The position numbers and the translations under genes are program-made. From Auanema rhodensis (Eukaryota; Animalia; Nematoda), in the NCBI GenBank assembly GCA_964057225.1, contig OZ059894.1:16554001-16618000 (forward strand): a stretch of DNA of 64,000 nucleotides, in the 5' to 3' direction. Positions 25,861 through 40,574 of the stretch are shown here, in pieces. A model generated the notes under the pieces. That model had not been told where the DNA came from. It saw only the letters and a program-made list of their open reading frames with translations, and searched no databases. Numbering within the stretch: position 1 is the stretch's first letter; each line of letters begins with the position of its first letter.

Positions 25861-28800
25861 TTCACCTAATAGAATTCCTTACTATCTTTATTTATTCATT
25901 TTAAGTATGCAATTTCCTTATTTCTAATAATAATAACAATCAAATAAAATATTATTTTAATTCAAATAATTAATTAATTTGTAAATATTCCATATAAAAA
26001 CGTATATGTATGTTTCTCCTTGACTGAACTTCCTCCACTTGTCATGTTTATGCTTATTATGGGACAGATGTGTTTCTAGCGTTGTGCCTTCTCTTGTTTA
26101 GACAATTTAGTATCCAAGAATCTCCTGGGACATACATAGTTCCTTCAAGCTTGTGCTGTCTGTTTCTCCTTCGTTCCCTCTCTCAGTTTTACGTTTTCTC
26201 TTATGTCTTTTCTTCCTTACTAACACAACTACTATGATCACCAGATAGCTCTTCATCCTTTTGCGAACCCCTCTCTTTATTCTTTTTCTTCATTCTGCTA
26301 CTCCATCGAATTCACTCCTTGTCAGTCGTATTTCAAGCTTAAAAGTCTTCAACTGTTCTATTTATTCACCACATTTTCCTTGATGAATTGAAAAATTTTA
26401 TATTTTCTTTCGAGATGATGTTCAATGTCTTTTCGTCGCTTTCTTCATAGTCTCCTCAAATCTGAAACGATGATACAGCCGTTCAAGCCATGAGTTTCTA
26501 TCCTATCCACTAAACTTCATTAAGATAAACAAGTTAATAATGCAACTTGAAATAACCTTTGCTGATCATATCATTTTCATTTTCAACACCTCTGTCTCAT
26601 ATTCTTTCAGTTTCTTATTTCATATTTTTCGTATTTAAACCAAAAAAACAATAGTTTTTCAATTACTTTAAGCATAAAAGCTTTATACATATCAATCATA
26701 TGGCATGTTGTTCTTGTGAATTTTAAAATAACACCATAACTTATCAATATATATTTATGATATATGTTATGTTTAGTATATTTTCTTTGAAAATCTTCTT
26801 TTATTCTCAACAAAAAAAAATGATTTTTCATGTCATCAACCTCTTTTTCTCAACCTATATAGCCTTTTATATTCTTATTTTCTTTATTTATCTGCCAATA
26901 AAAGTTTTCGTGTTGTTTTGCACGGTAAAATCCGTAACTTTTATGATATTGCCTGCTTAGATCTAGAAGTTTTGAACAAATTTCATATACTATTCTCTGG
27001 TATCTTTCTTTCAACTTGAAAAAAAAAGGCGAATGAAGCTATAAAGTTCTTTTTTTTGCTTTATCAACCCTCTTATTGCAACATATAAAACCAAACTTAT
27101 GGTTTTCATGGAAAAAAATTTGATGAAAGTCATCCAGCTGTCTGGTGCAACGAATTTCCCTTGTTTTGCAATTTTGTCTTCCAAATTGAACAAAACTTTA
27201 AATACTTATTTCCAACTTGATTTATTTGATATCTATCTGTGAAATATTTCTTCATCTGTTTCTAATTTCAGATTATATTTAAGCGTCATATAAGCATCAA
27301 AAGCTACCACTACCATTCTCTTTGTCTTTCTTCTTCTCTCTATTCTTTCAATATCCTTCATCTTTCACCCCTATATCATTATTCAATCTCAATACTTACT
27401 CCCAAAGGAATGAATTTCTTTAAAATTTGTCAGGAGCTAACGCATATCTACTTCAAAATTTATTTTTTTTGCTTTTTATCTCCTATTTAAAGCTTTTCTC
27501 TAATTAAACTCACAAGTGATGCAATATGAGCTTTGAAACTTAGCAAGTTTTGATTGAAACTATAAAATTTCCAGGAAATAGCTTGAGATTCCTAGAAACA
27601 ATCCGAATAAGCCAATTTTTTCTTTTTGTGAAAATTCTTTTTGTATAAAACTGTATTACAAGATTAAGTTCAATATACATACATGTACATCTTTTTTCTT
27701 TTTTTTGATCCTCAAATTTTATTTTAATCAGAAATTCATGAGAGTTCCTTATTCTTTTTTTTTATTCTTTTAAAGTTTTTTTTTTAAAGAAAAAAAAAAA
27801 GAAAGAACTTTTGAAGAGACAAAGGACGTATCTATATAGATAGATTGCCATTTTTGTCACATTTATCATTTTCTTTTTAAAGATGTCGGATGCTTTTTGT
27901 TGTTTTAAAATGTTTTTTTACTTATTTCTATTGTCATACAAACAACATATTATTCAATAATTTCAAAAGTTTATGAACTTCAAGCCTTATTTCTCTTATC
28001 TCTTATGAATTCTTATGAATATTATCCTTCTTCTGTTATGTTGTACAAGGTATAAACTTATGTTGGATAACGTCTTTTCTGTAAATCTGAGTACATGCAT
28101 GTTGACCCTTTTGTTTTGTTGTCCCACTGTTTGTGTGAACTTTCTCCCTAATTCAATATAATTATAATCTAAACTAAATGTATAGTTATAAAAGAAATAT
28201 TGTAATAATATACTTTCTTTAAGTTCCTAATTCGAATAGTCAAGTTCATTCAAGGATATAATTATCTTTTCTCCCTTTCTCTATTTCTTTTCAAAGAAAT
28301 ATATGAAAAAACATCTGTTTATATACATAGATATATATAGAGAGAAAGAGATTTATATAATCTTATATCATATAATTAACTACAAATCAAATATCTGGTT
28401 CCTTTTTGAACATCTGTTTCAATCCAGATTTCATAGTTGAAATCGAAATATCATTCATTTTCTTTAAATTTATCAAAGAAAAAACACTATAGTTCTACTT
28501 GTTTAACTCCTTTTCTCATATTTTCATATCGCATACTAAATCAAATTTTCATATTTCTAGAAGCAACATCTTCATTCTATTGATGTGAACAACACCAAGT
28601 CAATTCTGAAAACGTCGTTCATCATCACTTTTCCTCTTGGAAACTAATAGAAAATCATCAAAGTATCATCCGACTACTTCGAAATTCATCATCAGACCTT
28701 TTACATACAGCAATCCTTCTGTCGGTCCATAATTTTCCGTTTTGAGCACTGGCCCGTAGGTAATAATAGCCGCTGATTCTGTGTCCTATTACTTTTGCCT

Positions 28801-29359
28801 TCTAACAGATTCAAACAACAACATATATCCACAAACACATATACGGAGAGAGAGAGAGACCAGTTCATCCTTATACCTTGAGGTTGAGTAACGATTTAAG
28901 ATTCATACATCTTAGCATTCCAGTTGTATCTTCATCCTATATTAGTAGCAACGTCTTCACATTGCTGCTGACATTATCCATCCCGCCCTTTAACCTATCC
29001 ATTCTTGGCTGCTCTTTTGCCTTTATTTTTCTAATTCGTTCAGACTGTCTATCTGATTCTCTTTATTCATCTAATAGTAGTCATCTTCTTTCCTTTCTAT
29101 TCTCTTTATTTCATTCTAACGCATTCAATTCTAATTAACCTCTTCCCCCCCCCCCCGCGTATCCACCCTACTCTATAGATACACCCATATATCTCATATC
29201 CCTCCAACCTAAACCATCAATCTCACCTTCTCATCTCTTTTCTTTTCTATACTTACTGTATGTCAAATTAGCCGTGACCAGGTATACAGGGCCCAATAGA
29301 TACTGTTCATCCATTTTCACCGTTTACTCTAAACTTAAATAAATCCATTCGAAATAACT

Positions 29360-31839
29360 ATGCTAACTATATTTATTTGGTTTTCAAATCTTCTCTTCTA
29401 TGCCCAAGGTGAGTATTCCATCACGAATTGGTGAAAAACTGTTTCCATTTATTGGAATATGGTTGTTCCAATGACAAATTCATAGATTTTTTTACAAAAT
29501 TCATTTCAGGTGCATGTTTCCATTGCCTTTCTCCAGATTCTCATCTAAAACCAACGTTACGCAGACAATTGAAAACTCAAACAGATGTCTTCTTTTGGCA
29601 AATTGGAACTCAATGGAACGCTTGTAGGTTCGTATTGTCTAAATTTCCATTTCAAATGTTCGTCTCAAAACCAAATAAAATTTGAAAAAGTTTGATGTTA
29701 TGTTTCGAGCGGATTTATGACAGACATGTTCCATCCAAAAACTTCAAATTCTATTGTGACAATCATCCATTGCACTAAGCTTCGTTTTTCTATTTCTCGA
29801 ATTGTTTTTGTTAATAATCAATGTAAAGTCACTATGCATTATCGCCTCAAGGGATTGATGTCATAAAATTTGAAAAAAAAAAGAAAACATATGCACAGAT
29901 ATGAGGAAAAACGTTTTTGGTTTTAGCGAACAAGTTAACCCAATGATACCATCAATCGAAGGACAAATCTGTTCAAAGTATCAGATGTGTGTAACTCTTC
30001 AACCAAATATTCCAAGTAAGTTACTTTAAATATAAATAATATTTATACAATTAGTCCCTAATTATCCAAAGATAATCAAAGAAAATACGTTAATTGAACT
30101 TGTTTTTAATTTGTTTCATTTTCAATGAAAGTTGTTTGTGTTTTGAAATAAAAAAAATATCTTTGAAGAAGTATGACAGATAATCGTATGACTTATTAGA
30201 TTTTCTTGATATGTGAATTGATCACATGATAATATAGTAAACATAGTTACTAAATATGAACTAAACACACAATATTCTCTCTCTCTCTCTCTCTCTCTGT
30301 CAAAAAAAAATAAAATTGTTTTTTGATGTTTTGAAGAAGACATCATATTTCTTATTTTAGTTCATATCTAAATATAAAAAAATATCTCATTCATTCATTA
30401 AATCCTAAATTGAAAAACATGATGATGACTCGTGTTATAACACGTGCATTTCAATCTCTTCATTCAATCATATCATATACTATTTGGTCATTTTCGATCA
30501 AATTTTTAAGATCTTCGATATTGGGAGGTTCAGATGATGTTCATATCATATAGTTGAAATACAGGAAATATTCATTGTAATATATAAATAGATTCATGAA
30601 AGAACATCTTCAATTTTGGAAGAGATTCATTTAGATTAAGGAGTGAAAGTTGCAGAAAAAAATTGATGTTGTTGTCCTTTAATCACTGACCTTTTCCCTT
30701 ATTCCGTTTACTTCTTCTCATTTCAAATGCTTGAAATCTGGTTCCAGGGGTAATAATCAAAAATCAAAAGTTGTAGCTAGATGTCTTCTCCCTTTCCACA
30801 TCAAGAACAGAATTCACTTTCTCTCTTTCTCTCTCTCTTTCTCTCTCTCTATCTCTCTCTCTCTCTCTCCTCTATTTCTCTTCTATTTCTCAATACCAAC
30901 TCACCTGTATATCTCTTATAGTTAGTCATTCTCAAGATATTTATTGAATATTGTGTGAGAATGGAATTTTAATAATGTTTTTCACATTAAAAGATTTTAT
31001 AAATTATTAATCTTATCTTGCAAATATGTTATAATTGTTCTTATCATAGTAACAAATGATTCAACAATCACTAGAATGATTAAAAAAATCTTTTTTAACG
31101 AATTCCTTATATCAACTGCCTGAATTTTGAGAAGTTTATCTTGTTTTCTTATCTTCTGCCGAATATAGTATCCAAAATTCCAATCATGAACAGCATTCTT
31201 AGTTATCAATAATGACATCATTATATAAACTTAAGCTTTAACATACAACTTTATGATTTTTGAATTAATATACTAAGATCAATTTCAAAAATTTCTTATT
31301 TAGATTCAACATTCGTTGTTCGAGGATGTTTGGAAAGTGTTTTACGATATAGTTGGAGGGAAGATGAACGTCTTCATAATGAAGGGTAAGGATCAAACTA
31401 TAATTGAAATACAAATTTTCACAAAATACATATTCTTTGAAATATGAATTTGATTGAATAGTTTATTAATAATGAAATAACATGATAATCTATGTAAATC
31501 TTTTAAAATTTTAAAAATGATAAATCACCTTTACTGATCTATCTCAGATGCTACTTGATTCGTTCAACTCCAATGTATCCAAATGATCAACCCATGGATT
31601 ACGTGATATGTACCTGCAAAGGAGATTACTGCAATCGTGATGAGGCTGTGGATTTCATTCCAGGACCATATACCTTTGAAAGAGATACAATTCTTCGACT
31701 TTCTCCTCATTCAAATATTTATTATGAGGGTAATAATGGTCGAATTCAATTAGCTGTTAGTAGTTCTGCAGGCTTGCAAGCATTTTATGGTCAAAAAGTA
31801 CTTTTTCTACTTTTTTCTTTCATATTTATATTCAATTAA
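29360..31839 (+). CDS. Ly6/uPAR (quiver-like) GPI-anchored protein of the nematode ODR-2/HOT family
   Basis: Five exons: signal peptide MLTIFIWFSNLLFYAQG, then ACFHCLSP...NAC...QICSKYQMCVTL...FVVRGCLESVL...GCYLIR...YVICTCKGDYCN (10 Cys, terminal CN), and a hydrophobic GPI-type tail LFLLFSFIFIFN*. Confidence 0.85.
30820..30868. repeat. (CT)n microsatellite (intronic)
   Basis: Imperfect CT run; shorter CT runs also occur at 30276-30298 and 24774-24788. Confidence 0.8.
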
Positions 31840-33165
31840 ACGGAAGATATGCTACATAGTTTCTAATGTCTTCAGTATTTTGTAGTGCTTTAAACGTTTT
31901 GTTTGTAATTTCTAATATATTTTCCAATAATAATATAAGAAATATAAACCTAAATTGTAAATTCATCCGAAATTTTAGCAATATCAATCCAATGTTGCAT
32001 GAAAAAAAAGTTTAAATAAATTATATTTTCATATAAATATAGTTATACTATATAGACATTTTACTTTCTTTTACTTTACAATTATAAAATTAAATTTGGA
32101 AACAACAGAATAAAATATTATTTGAGGAACAAATTTTTATAAATAACTATTATAATAATAATATTTATATATATTATATATTCTAAAATTCTTTAATAAA
32201 ATATATAATTTAAACTAATAAGAGTATCTTAATTATTATTATTATTATTATCAAAATATATTTATTTTCAAATATGGAAATTATTATTTCAATTATTTTT
32301 TTTAATAATTTTGATTATAAATCTGAAAAATTCTTGTTTTTAATTTTTTAATCTAAATTTCTTACTTCTTTTCATAATTATTATAATTATTTAACAAAAA
32401 AATTAAATTTTTAATTTTCATAAACAATATATAATTTTAAATTTAGAATTTCATATATATTTATAAATTTTTTTGTTAAATTTTGAATTAAAAGTAAAAT
32501 TAAACAAACCCCTTTGTTTAATAAATTTTGACCAAAAAATAATAATTATACTGAAGTTAAAGGAAAGTAAAATATGTTATCTTTAATATAATAGTATAGA
32601 ATTGAAATACATAGATCGTATTGATAGTATATGATTTTAATTTTTAAACTATAAACTATTTATAAATCAAATATAATTCATTCTTTATTATATTAATATT
32701 ATATATATTTATCTTTTTTTTTCTATCAATTATTAGATCAATGACTATTAATATTTCAAGCTTTAATCTTTCTATCATATTACTTCCAGTATTATAGTAA
32801 CATATAATTTATATTCTTCTTCTTCTTCTTACCATCTTATTTAATTTAATTTAATTTATTATTATATTTAAAATCCCTTTTAAAATTTATGAATAGAACA
32901 ATCAGTGATGGAAACAATTCCGGAACAAACGGTGACACAAAGAAACAAATAGATGATGAGCTAACTCACTGCCACCCACTCAAAATCAAAATTTAAGTTC
33001 AGTGTTCGTAGTTGTTAAAGATGTTGTTCTCATTTGTTGGTCCACCCAACAAGCTGCATCTTCCTCCCACACTTTCTTCCTCACTTTTCTTCCCAGAGGA
33101 ACAGTATTAACAAAGAACTAAATGAAGATCCTTATCTGATTAAGGAAACAAATTCTTTCTATAAA

Positions 33166-33173
33166 TGACGTCA
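33166..33173. promoter_or_regulatory. Full palindromic CRE (TGACGTCA)
   Basis: ATGACGTCATAT at the end of a locally GC-richer island (32890-33180). Function is untested. Confidence 0.35.
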
Positions 33174-33925
33174 TATACTTCTTTGAGGCCTTTTTTTCCT
33201 TTCGGTTTCTGAATATGAAGACGTTTCATTGTAGCCATTGTAGCCATTTTCAATTTTTTTGTTTTCTAATAGAAAGTAATCTAATCAATTGAATAGAATA
33301 CTTTCTAATACTTAGTAATATTTTATCGAAATTTAACAATTTTTTTCTTTAAAATACCCTTTCATGACGAAAAATAATTTTTCAATTTGTTCAAAATGTT
33401 TGTACTCTATTGTAGTTAAACTTCTTATTGATTATTATAATGTGATTTATCCTCTTTTTTGGATTAAAAACTTAATCTGATCCTAGGAAACTCCTCAGGG
33501 CGTTTACTTTATTTGCTGTTACGTTTACATCATTATCTGTAATAATTTAGCAATCTGTGCCAGTTAACACCTGTTGATATATAAATGAACATCAGCACAG
33601 TTCTCAGATAAACTGATTAATTTGTTTAATTTTTGCTTTAATTTCCTTTCATTTGCAAATTTTTTTTTCATGGAAACGGTATAATGATGGGAACTTCGGA
33701 GCTTTTAACATTTCCTAATCCTTTTTTTGCTGAATAACAGCACCCCCCATGGACTATGATGTTATCACACAGATGATTGTGTTCTCTTCACTAATTTGAA
33801 AATGATTTGTTAATCCTTTCTCGTCTCATTCTTTCACATTCAAAACTTTAAAAATCATTCTCATAAGATTGGTTCAAATGATCAAACATGAGAATATGCA
33901 TAAAGAGACGAAAACATTATGGATA

Positions 33926-33980
<55 letters not shown>

Positions 33981-34030
33981 AAGAGTGAGAGAGAGAGAGA
34001 GAGAGAAAGAGAAAGAGACAGTAAGAGAGA
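33926..34030. repeat. (GA)n microsatellite
   Basis: About 100 bp GA run with a few interruptions. Confidence 0.93.
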
Positions 34031-37000
34031 ATTAGAAAGTCACAGAGAAATAAATAAAGTCAGATTAGTTCTATTCAAATCAATGTATAACTTGTATTAT
34101 CCGACTACAACCATTTTTATAGGGAGGTGTTTGATTACCCACCCTTTTCATTGTTAAATCTATTGTTTATTCAATGTCTGACTTTAACCATGTTATTAGG
34201 TAATTCACAATGAATTAATTATTAAAAGAAATGAAGGAAATTGGTAAAATGGTAGGTCACAACGGGGATTTGGTAATGGGAAGTGCAAAGAAGGAAATGA
34301 AATATATGAAATTCTTGTTCAAGCACGCGTAGATCTTGGAAAATGTTATGAAATGCAAAATGAAATTAAAGAAAATCCGATCATCTATTCAGTTTTTATA
34401 TTATTTTACCTTCAAAAAGCTTTTTTTCTTCTATTTCATAACTCTATGACATATCCTTTCGAAATTTTGTGGATCGCGAGGGTGGCAAGTATTGAGTAGC
34501 ATTGAATACGATTAGAGAGACATCTATCCGGATTATGTGCTAACAAAAAAATATTATTTAAATATATTTGTATTATATTTACATAGTTAAGACAAGGTTT
34601 AGAGGCATTTAACTGTAAGTGGGAGTGGATTTTGATCCATCGAATCCCATAGATAAATAATTTGACTAATTTCCTTTATTGTATTAGTAGATCATATAGC
34701 TATAATCTTTAATAAACTTGTCATCAACGTTGTTCAACTTTATCAGGAAGAAGAGCGGAGGCGGAAGAACCTAAAAAGCAATTTCGTAGAAAATTGTGAC
34801 CATCAGTCATCATAAAGACGACAGTTCAGTTCAGACTGATGAGTGGTTTAAGCTCATTTTCTACATCTTTGTTGATGTTGAATAGATCAATAGATAGCAC
34901 CAATGGAATTTTTGTGCAAAATACATATACGTATGTATTGGTAGATAAGAAGATAAAAATTGGTTTTTCATATTTTTTCAATTTAAAAATCAAAAAGTTT
35001 AAGCAAAAATTGCTGTATATCCTGTATTAATCCCTCGTTTATGTTATAAATATAGATATATATGAAGAAACAATGTGTATAGACATCAGTTTTTTTAATT
35101 GAAAAATAGAAGGAAGATGTTCATAAAACAGAAAACAGTTGAAGAAAAAAATAGATAGTTATATTATGTATTGTTGAGCTTCTTCCCAATACAATTTTAG
35201 GGATTAATAGTACGAAATCAAGTCAACTAATCTTCAATTACACATGTTATTACATGTATACACAATAAAAAAAAAGTCTCGTGTTTTATGGCTTCAATCG
35301 AAAAATAATAAAGAAATGTGATCAAGCTTAGGAAAACTTATCAGTTCTATTACGATGTTGTTACATCTATTTCAGTGTTACTTTAAAATTCTATTTTTGT
35401 ATCTATGTTGTAGATACTGTCATGTATGCTAGTAGTATAACGAAGAACAGAAATATCATAATCATTGATCTTGCAAGAAGTTTGATGAATTAGCTATCAT
35501 ACATATGTAATTATATAATAAATATAATACTAAAAAGTGTTAAATCAGGAAAAATAAAAGATATAGATATGAATTGGAATATCTAAGTAATTACATATAT
35601 GTACATGTGGCAAAACATTTGCAGTATTAGTAGTATTTTTTCCTTTTATATTTACTATTTCATAGGTGTGATAGCTCAGATTAGAACAGATTTCTAATAA
35701 GTTATAGTTAGTTGAATGAAATAATATAACGATAAATACCCTATTAAGCTATACAGCCAAAGAAGATTTGCAACCGTTCACTAGATCTTCAATCTAGTCA
35801 AAATGATAAACATTTTCGTTTCACGTTCACGTGAAGATACACGTATATAACTCAAATACTATGTTAATTTCCTTAATATTGATTTTTTCAAAATTATACA
35901 TGTCTTTTATCAAATAAATATCTTTATCTCTAGAATAATGTAATGCTTTAACAGAACATTTTTGCATAAAAAAATACAAAAGAGCAACATTCGACTAGTA
36001 TTTTGCTCTCAAATCCTTGATAACAAACATGCTTAAACCATGCTACTGATCAGATTAATTTTATATGTATAATCAATTGGTTATAAGTTGCGAATTTATT
36101 TTATAATTATATGGTACAGTCATATGCAAAAACTGTTGCAGATTCATTGTATAATCAAATATTCCAGAGAATAATGCGTGAAATAAGGAAATAAAACGAA
36201 ATAAAGTTTATTAGTTGGCATAGTTTGCATCAAGATGGTTATCAATAGAATAATATAAGTTTTGCAACGAAAACGAACGTCCTTTTACAGTCTTAACAAA
36301 GTTAGTTTTTTCCTATTTCTTAAATATATTCAATTAAGATACAAAAAGATAAGATGACTAATATATTATTCAAGATGTTGCATGATGTACGTGCAGACAA
36401 GTCAAAAAAGAGCTTGCAGCATTCTGTTTTTCGTAAACTTATTGAATTTTACAAACTTTTTTTTTAAAATCAAACTACACACATCCACACTACATTCTAA
36501 CTGATAGAGATTTTTGATTGAAATAGGTTAGAATATCGATATCAATATGCCAATCTGCTTGTACTGTTCCTAATTGAAGATATAGCTCGTTAATTAAACG
36601 ATATAACGAGGAAGCTGATTTTTCAACTGTGATCATTCAACCTTGTTAATTGATAATAAGAATTAAAATAATAATTTAATTATATTTGTTAAAATCAAAG
36701 TAGAGAATACGAAACATCAATGATGCATTATATGAATAACTGAAAATTACTCCCATGCGACTACTTTCTACCTTTTCAATCGTGTGGCACCCTCAACTCA
36801 ATTACTCGTTCAGACGTCTTTTTATGTGTCGAAGTGAAATTTAGAAACATTTGAAGAAAAAAGAAATAGAGTAAAGTAATTATTGAATGAAAAATTAAAA
36901 TATATTGTCTAAATCTCAATTGTCTTCAATATTTCCAAGTAGAGATCACTCATTATAAGTCTATCTGGTCAAAGATTAAGCACATCAGAGTAATCTTTAC

Positions 37001-37940
37001 ATCTAGTTCTTAAATATTTAAAAAATAAAAGTAATGAGAGCATTTTCGTATATTGCAGAGAAAGAGTGTAAGAGTGCACACTTTTCTGTACAGAATCCTC
37101 TTTGTCATGATCAAGAAACAAATATGATTTTGGAAATATTTCATGATCGTCATCTCCACGCTATCCAATATCCTTTTTCTTCAAACGTTTCCGGTCTATT
37201 TTGATAGAAACTTTATTCTTCTGTTTTTGGTAATCATACCTGAGTTTTAAAAAAATTGCATCGTTCGCGTGTTTCCGATGATAGATGGCTCATCTTTCCG
37301 TTCTGCCACCTCAAATTTTTCCACAAAAAAAAAAGAATTTCCGCCATGCCAATGAAACTAAATTAGGTTAAATCAAAAAGAAAAACGAGAATACGTGAGT
37401 GTAAAGAACACGGTGGCTTATCATGACCAGCATGACATGCAGACATTCAGTTATGGTTTAGCAAATTTACATGAATCTATCAGAAGTTCAAGTTTGTCAA
37501 ACAGCCAGATCATAGATCAAACTGATAGTATCGGTATATCGTCATCATCATTGTCTGCACATGTCAACTTGTTTTCTTTTCGTTTTTTCCTTTTCCCTAC
37601 AAATGCAATCGGAAGAACATTCCAGAAGAAATTCAACACAGAAATATTTAAAAACTAAATAACCAAAAAGTTAAAAATGTCCTTATATGTACCATTAAGC
37701 TACACCAATAGAAGCTATAGTGTTATTATGTACCAAGACTTCTTGTATGATATCAAGAAATGGGGCCATTGATTAATGAAACACTATGGACTTTTTGGAC
37801 TTTTAAATATGTTTTTGATTCGAATTATAATTATACGTAAGATTAAGGATACTTCAGTGATATACGCCCCCTATAGATCATATCCGAAACCATAATATTT
37901 GATTTGGCCTTGTTAAAGCTTTCTTCAAATTCATTCCAAA

Positions 37941-37994
37941 AGGGGGTGGAGCAGAAAAGAAAAAGTGGGCGTGGTTTAGACAATGCTTATAAAG
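37941..37994 (+). promoter_or_regulatory. Core promoter of the orphan gene: G-rich/KLF-Sp boxes plus TATA box
   Basis: GGGGGTGGAG (~37942), GGGCGTGG (37967) and TATAAAG (37988), ~200 bp upstream of ATG 38194. Confidence 0.55.
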
Positions 37995-38193
37995 CCTCGG
38001 TTGTAATATGGAATTCCTAGCATTTTGAATATATTCTCTGAATACTACTACTACTACCGTTTGTTAACGGAAATATTCAGATAAGCCTAATAAGCTATTG
38101 CAAATTCTGGTGAATCTTCATCACTCGTACTCAAAACCTTCTACATATTTCTTCTATTGATATTACATTCGCACTATCATATTTGAAGAAACG

Positions 38194-38847
38194 ATGATTT
38201 TTGAATTACCTATTGAGCATTTCCCTATTACTTCAAGATGTATAAGTCCTACGACTTCATCATCTTCATCTCTATCCGAACGACGAATGCCAATTCGGCT
38301 ACCAATTAACACAGCACACTGTAAAGAAGTGTCAGAAGCAATGCCACAAACACCATCAGGTAAATGTTGAACCATTCTTTTCCTTTGCGACGTAAAAATT
38401 GTTTAAATTTCGAAATACTTTGAGTATTTGTCTTTTCAAATTCCTTACCACATCTTTATGATCTAATATCTATCATTTGTTATTTGTATCCTTTCAGTTT
38501 GTCGCTCTCACTTCAAATATCCTATATGCCGATTTGCTACTGCTCCTACTCTGAAGCGTGCTATGACATCTCCGGTTTTACTGCCGTCTAGCTCATCCAG
38601 CTCATCTACGGAAGAATCTAGCTCCAACGTTCTCAACAGCAACAGCACTCAAACACTAGTCGACACCAACTCTCGACCAAATTCATCACTGAGCAAAGCT
38701 TCAAAAGCAATTGCTGATTCTTGTTCTGTACTACCACCACCAGGTCCATTGGATAAGCATGTATCTACTCCATGCTTACAATCTGGAGGCAGCTTCATGC
38801 AACGTATGCTGACTCGAGGCTTAAGTTCAAACTTTTTGGCTCAATGA
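38194..38847 (+). CDS. Small two-exon Ser/Pro-rich, probably disordered protein (~171 aa), family not recognised
   Basis: ATG 38194 with an in-frame stop upstream; exon 1 ends CAG|GTAAAT (~38359); acceptor CTTTCAG 38497; the frame joins MIFELPIEHFP...MPQTPS|VCRSHFKYPICRFATAPTLKRAMTSP...MQRMLTRGLSSNFLAQ*. GC content is coding-like against an AT-rich background. Confidence 0.72.
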
Positions 38848-40468
38848 GCCGATCGGCCATTCAGACCAGTAGTGCAGTACGGATTGTGTCGACAAAATGA
38901 CGACGATAAGAACGAGAGACAACGACGGTTTCAGTACATCTGAACGAAGAATGAATTTTTTTTTATTTATGATTATATATAAGCATATATTTTTCCATAT
39001 ATCCGGGTACATACTATCTATTCCAATCTCTCTCTTAGCTGAATCTCATTTCTTAACAGGAATTCCCCCTCCATTTTTGGCTATACATTACTATCAGATC
39101 TCTTCTTCATTTTCTTTAAATTTGGTCTCTTGAAAGTTGAAAAACCCTGGTTTTATTGTTTTTTTTACTTTAGTATAGTAATGTACATATTACATACTTT
39201 GAAGGGATTGTTGTGTTTGATTTGAAGTTTGTTCTGACCGGCAAAGATGTCACATTATGCCATATATATATATATAATCTATTAACTATATATTACTATA
39301 GTTATTAATAAATTTTTTGTATTTAAATATGTTTATTTATAATTTACTCAAGACATATCTAATGAAATAACTCAATTAATATTATAATAGATTTTTAAAA
39401 GTGTGGGAGATTTAGTCTTTTACTCTTGATATTCTACAAAAACAAAATGTTTATATTAATATAACATAATCAGCATAATTATAAGAAGAAAAACCGAAAA
39501 AAAATTCTTTTAATTACAATCATCTGCTGAATGATCATTATCAATATCAAGGCTCATAATTATTATCTAGAAGACATGATGTTCAACATTGCCATCTATT
39601 AGTTGTGTTGTTGCTACTGCTACTTCTTCTTCTTCTTCTATTGCTGCTACTGCTAGTGCTATTACTTCTATTTTGCTTCTGTTGCCTTTGCTATTGATAG
39701 TATCATCAAATAAAAATATAAGACAAACAAATTCTTAGTGCATATAGACGGTAATGAAGTCATAAACTAGCGAAACTATTAGTTATAAACACTCACGTTA
39801 TTAAATTTATTTTTGATATTGTTGCATGTTCGTCACAACTTTTAAATGAATTTATAAGAGATTAAAACAATCATATTTCCTTTTTTTTTGCAAAGAATAA
39901 TGTACTGAAATTTGATTTGATTACCAAACGACCCCCTACACATAATACAGATGATATTTATAATGTAATTTTGACACAATCTCCATTTAAAATGTGCAAG
40001 ATATTACAACATAGGTATATGACGTTGTGATTTATTATATTAAATATAAAACTTATTTAAAATTTATTATATTAAGCTTTATTAGTGTATTCAAAAAAAA
40101 TCACGTTTCTTATGTTTCAACAGAACATTTTGGAAAATTGGACGTAATTTCACCTACATCTTAGACGTAATTATGACTCGTGTTTGAACCACTTGCTCTT
40201 TCATTAAAATAATTTATTTAAGATAGAAAAAAAGCATGATTGACATTAGAAAAGATGCATAAGTTACCTTAAATACTCATAATACCTAGGATAATATTAA
40301 GTATTTATAAATACAATCTAATACTAAGCTATTTAAGAATGTATTTATCTATAATCTACGAAAACTAAGATGTTTAATCATACGAATATATATTTTTTTC
40401 TTTTATTTCAGATAGTACAGAATAAAAGAAACAAGATGACACGTATCCTTCACTTATCTTCTTGAAAT

Positions 40469-40494
40469 AGAGAGATAGAGAGAGAAAGAGAGAT

Positions 40495-40569
<75 letters not shown>
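40469..40569. repeat. (GA)n microsatellite
   Basis: About 100 bp GA run, pure for over 60 bp. Confidence 0.95.

Positions 40570-40574
<5 letters not shown>

Noticed and set aside
25603-25869. Three overlapping ORFs on both strands
   Set aside because: By-product of the stop-poor CT-rich minisatellite.
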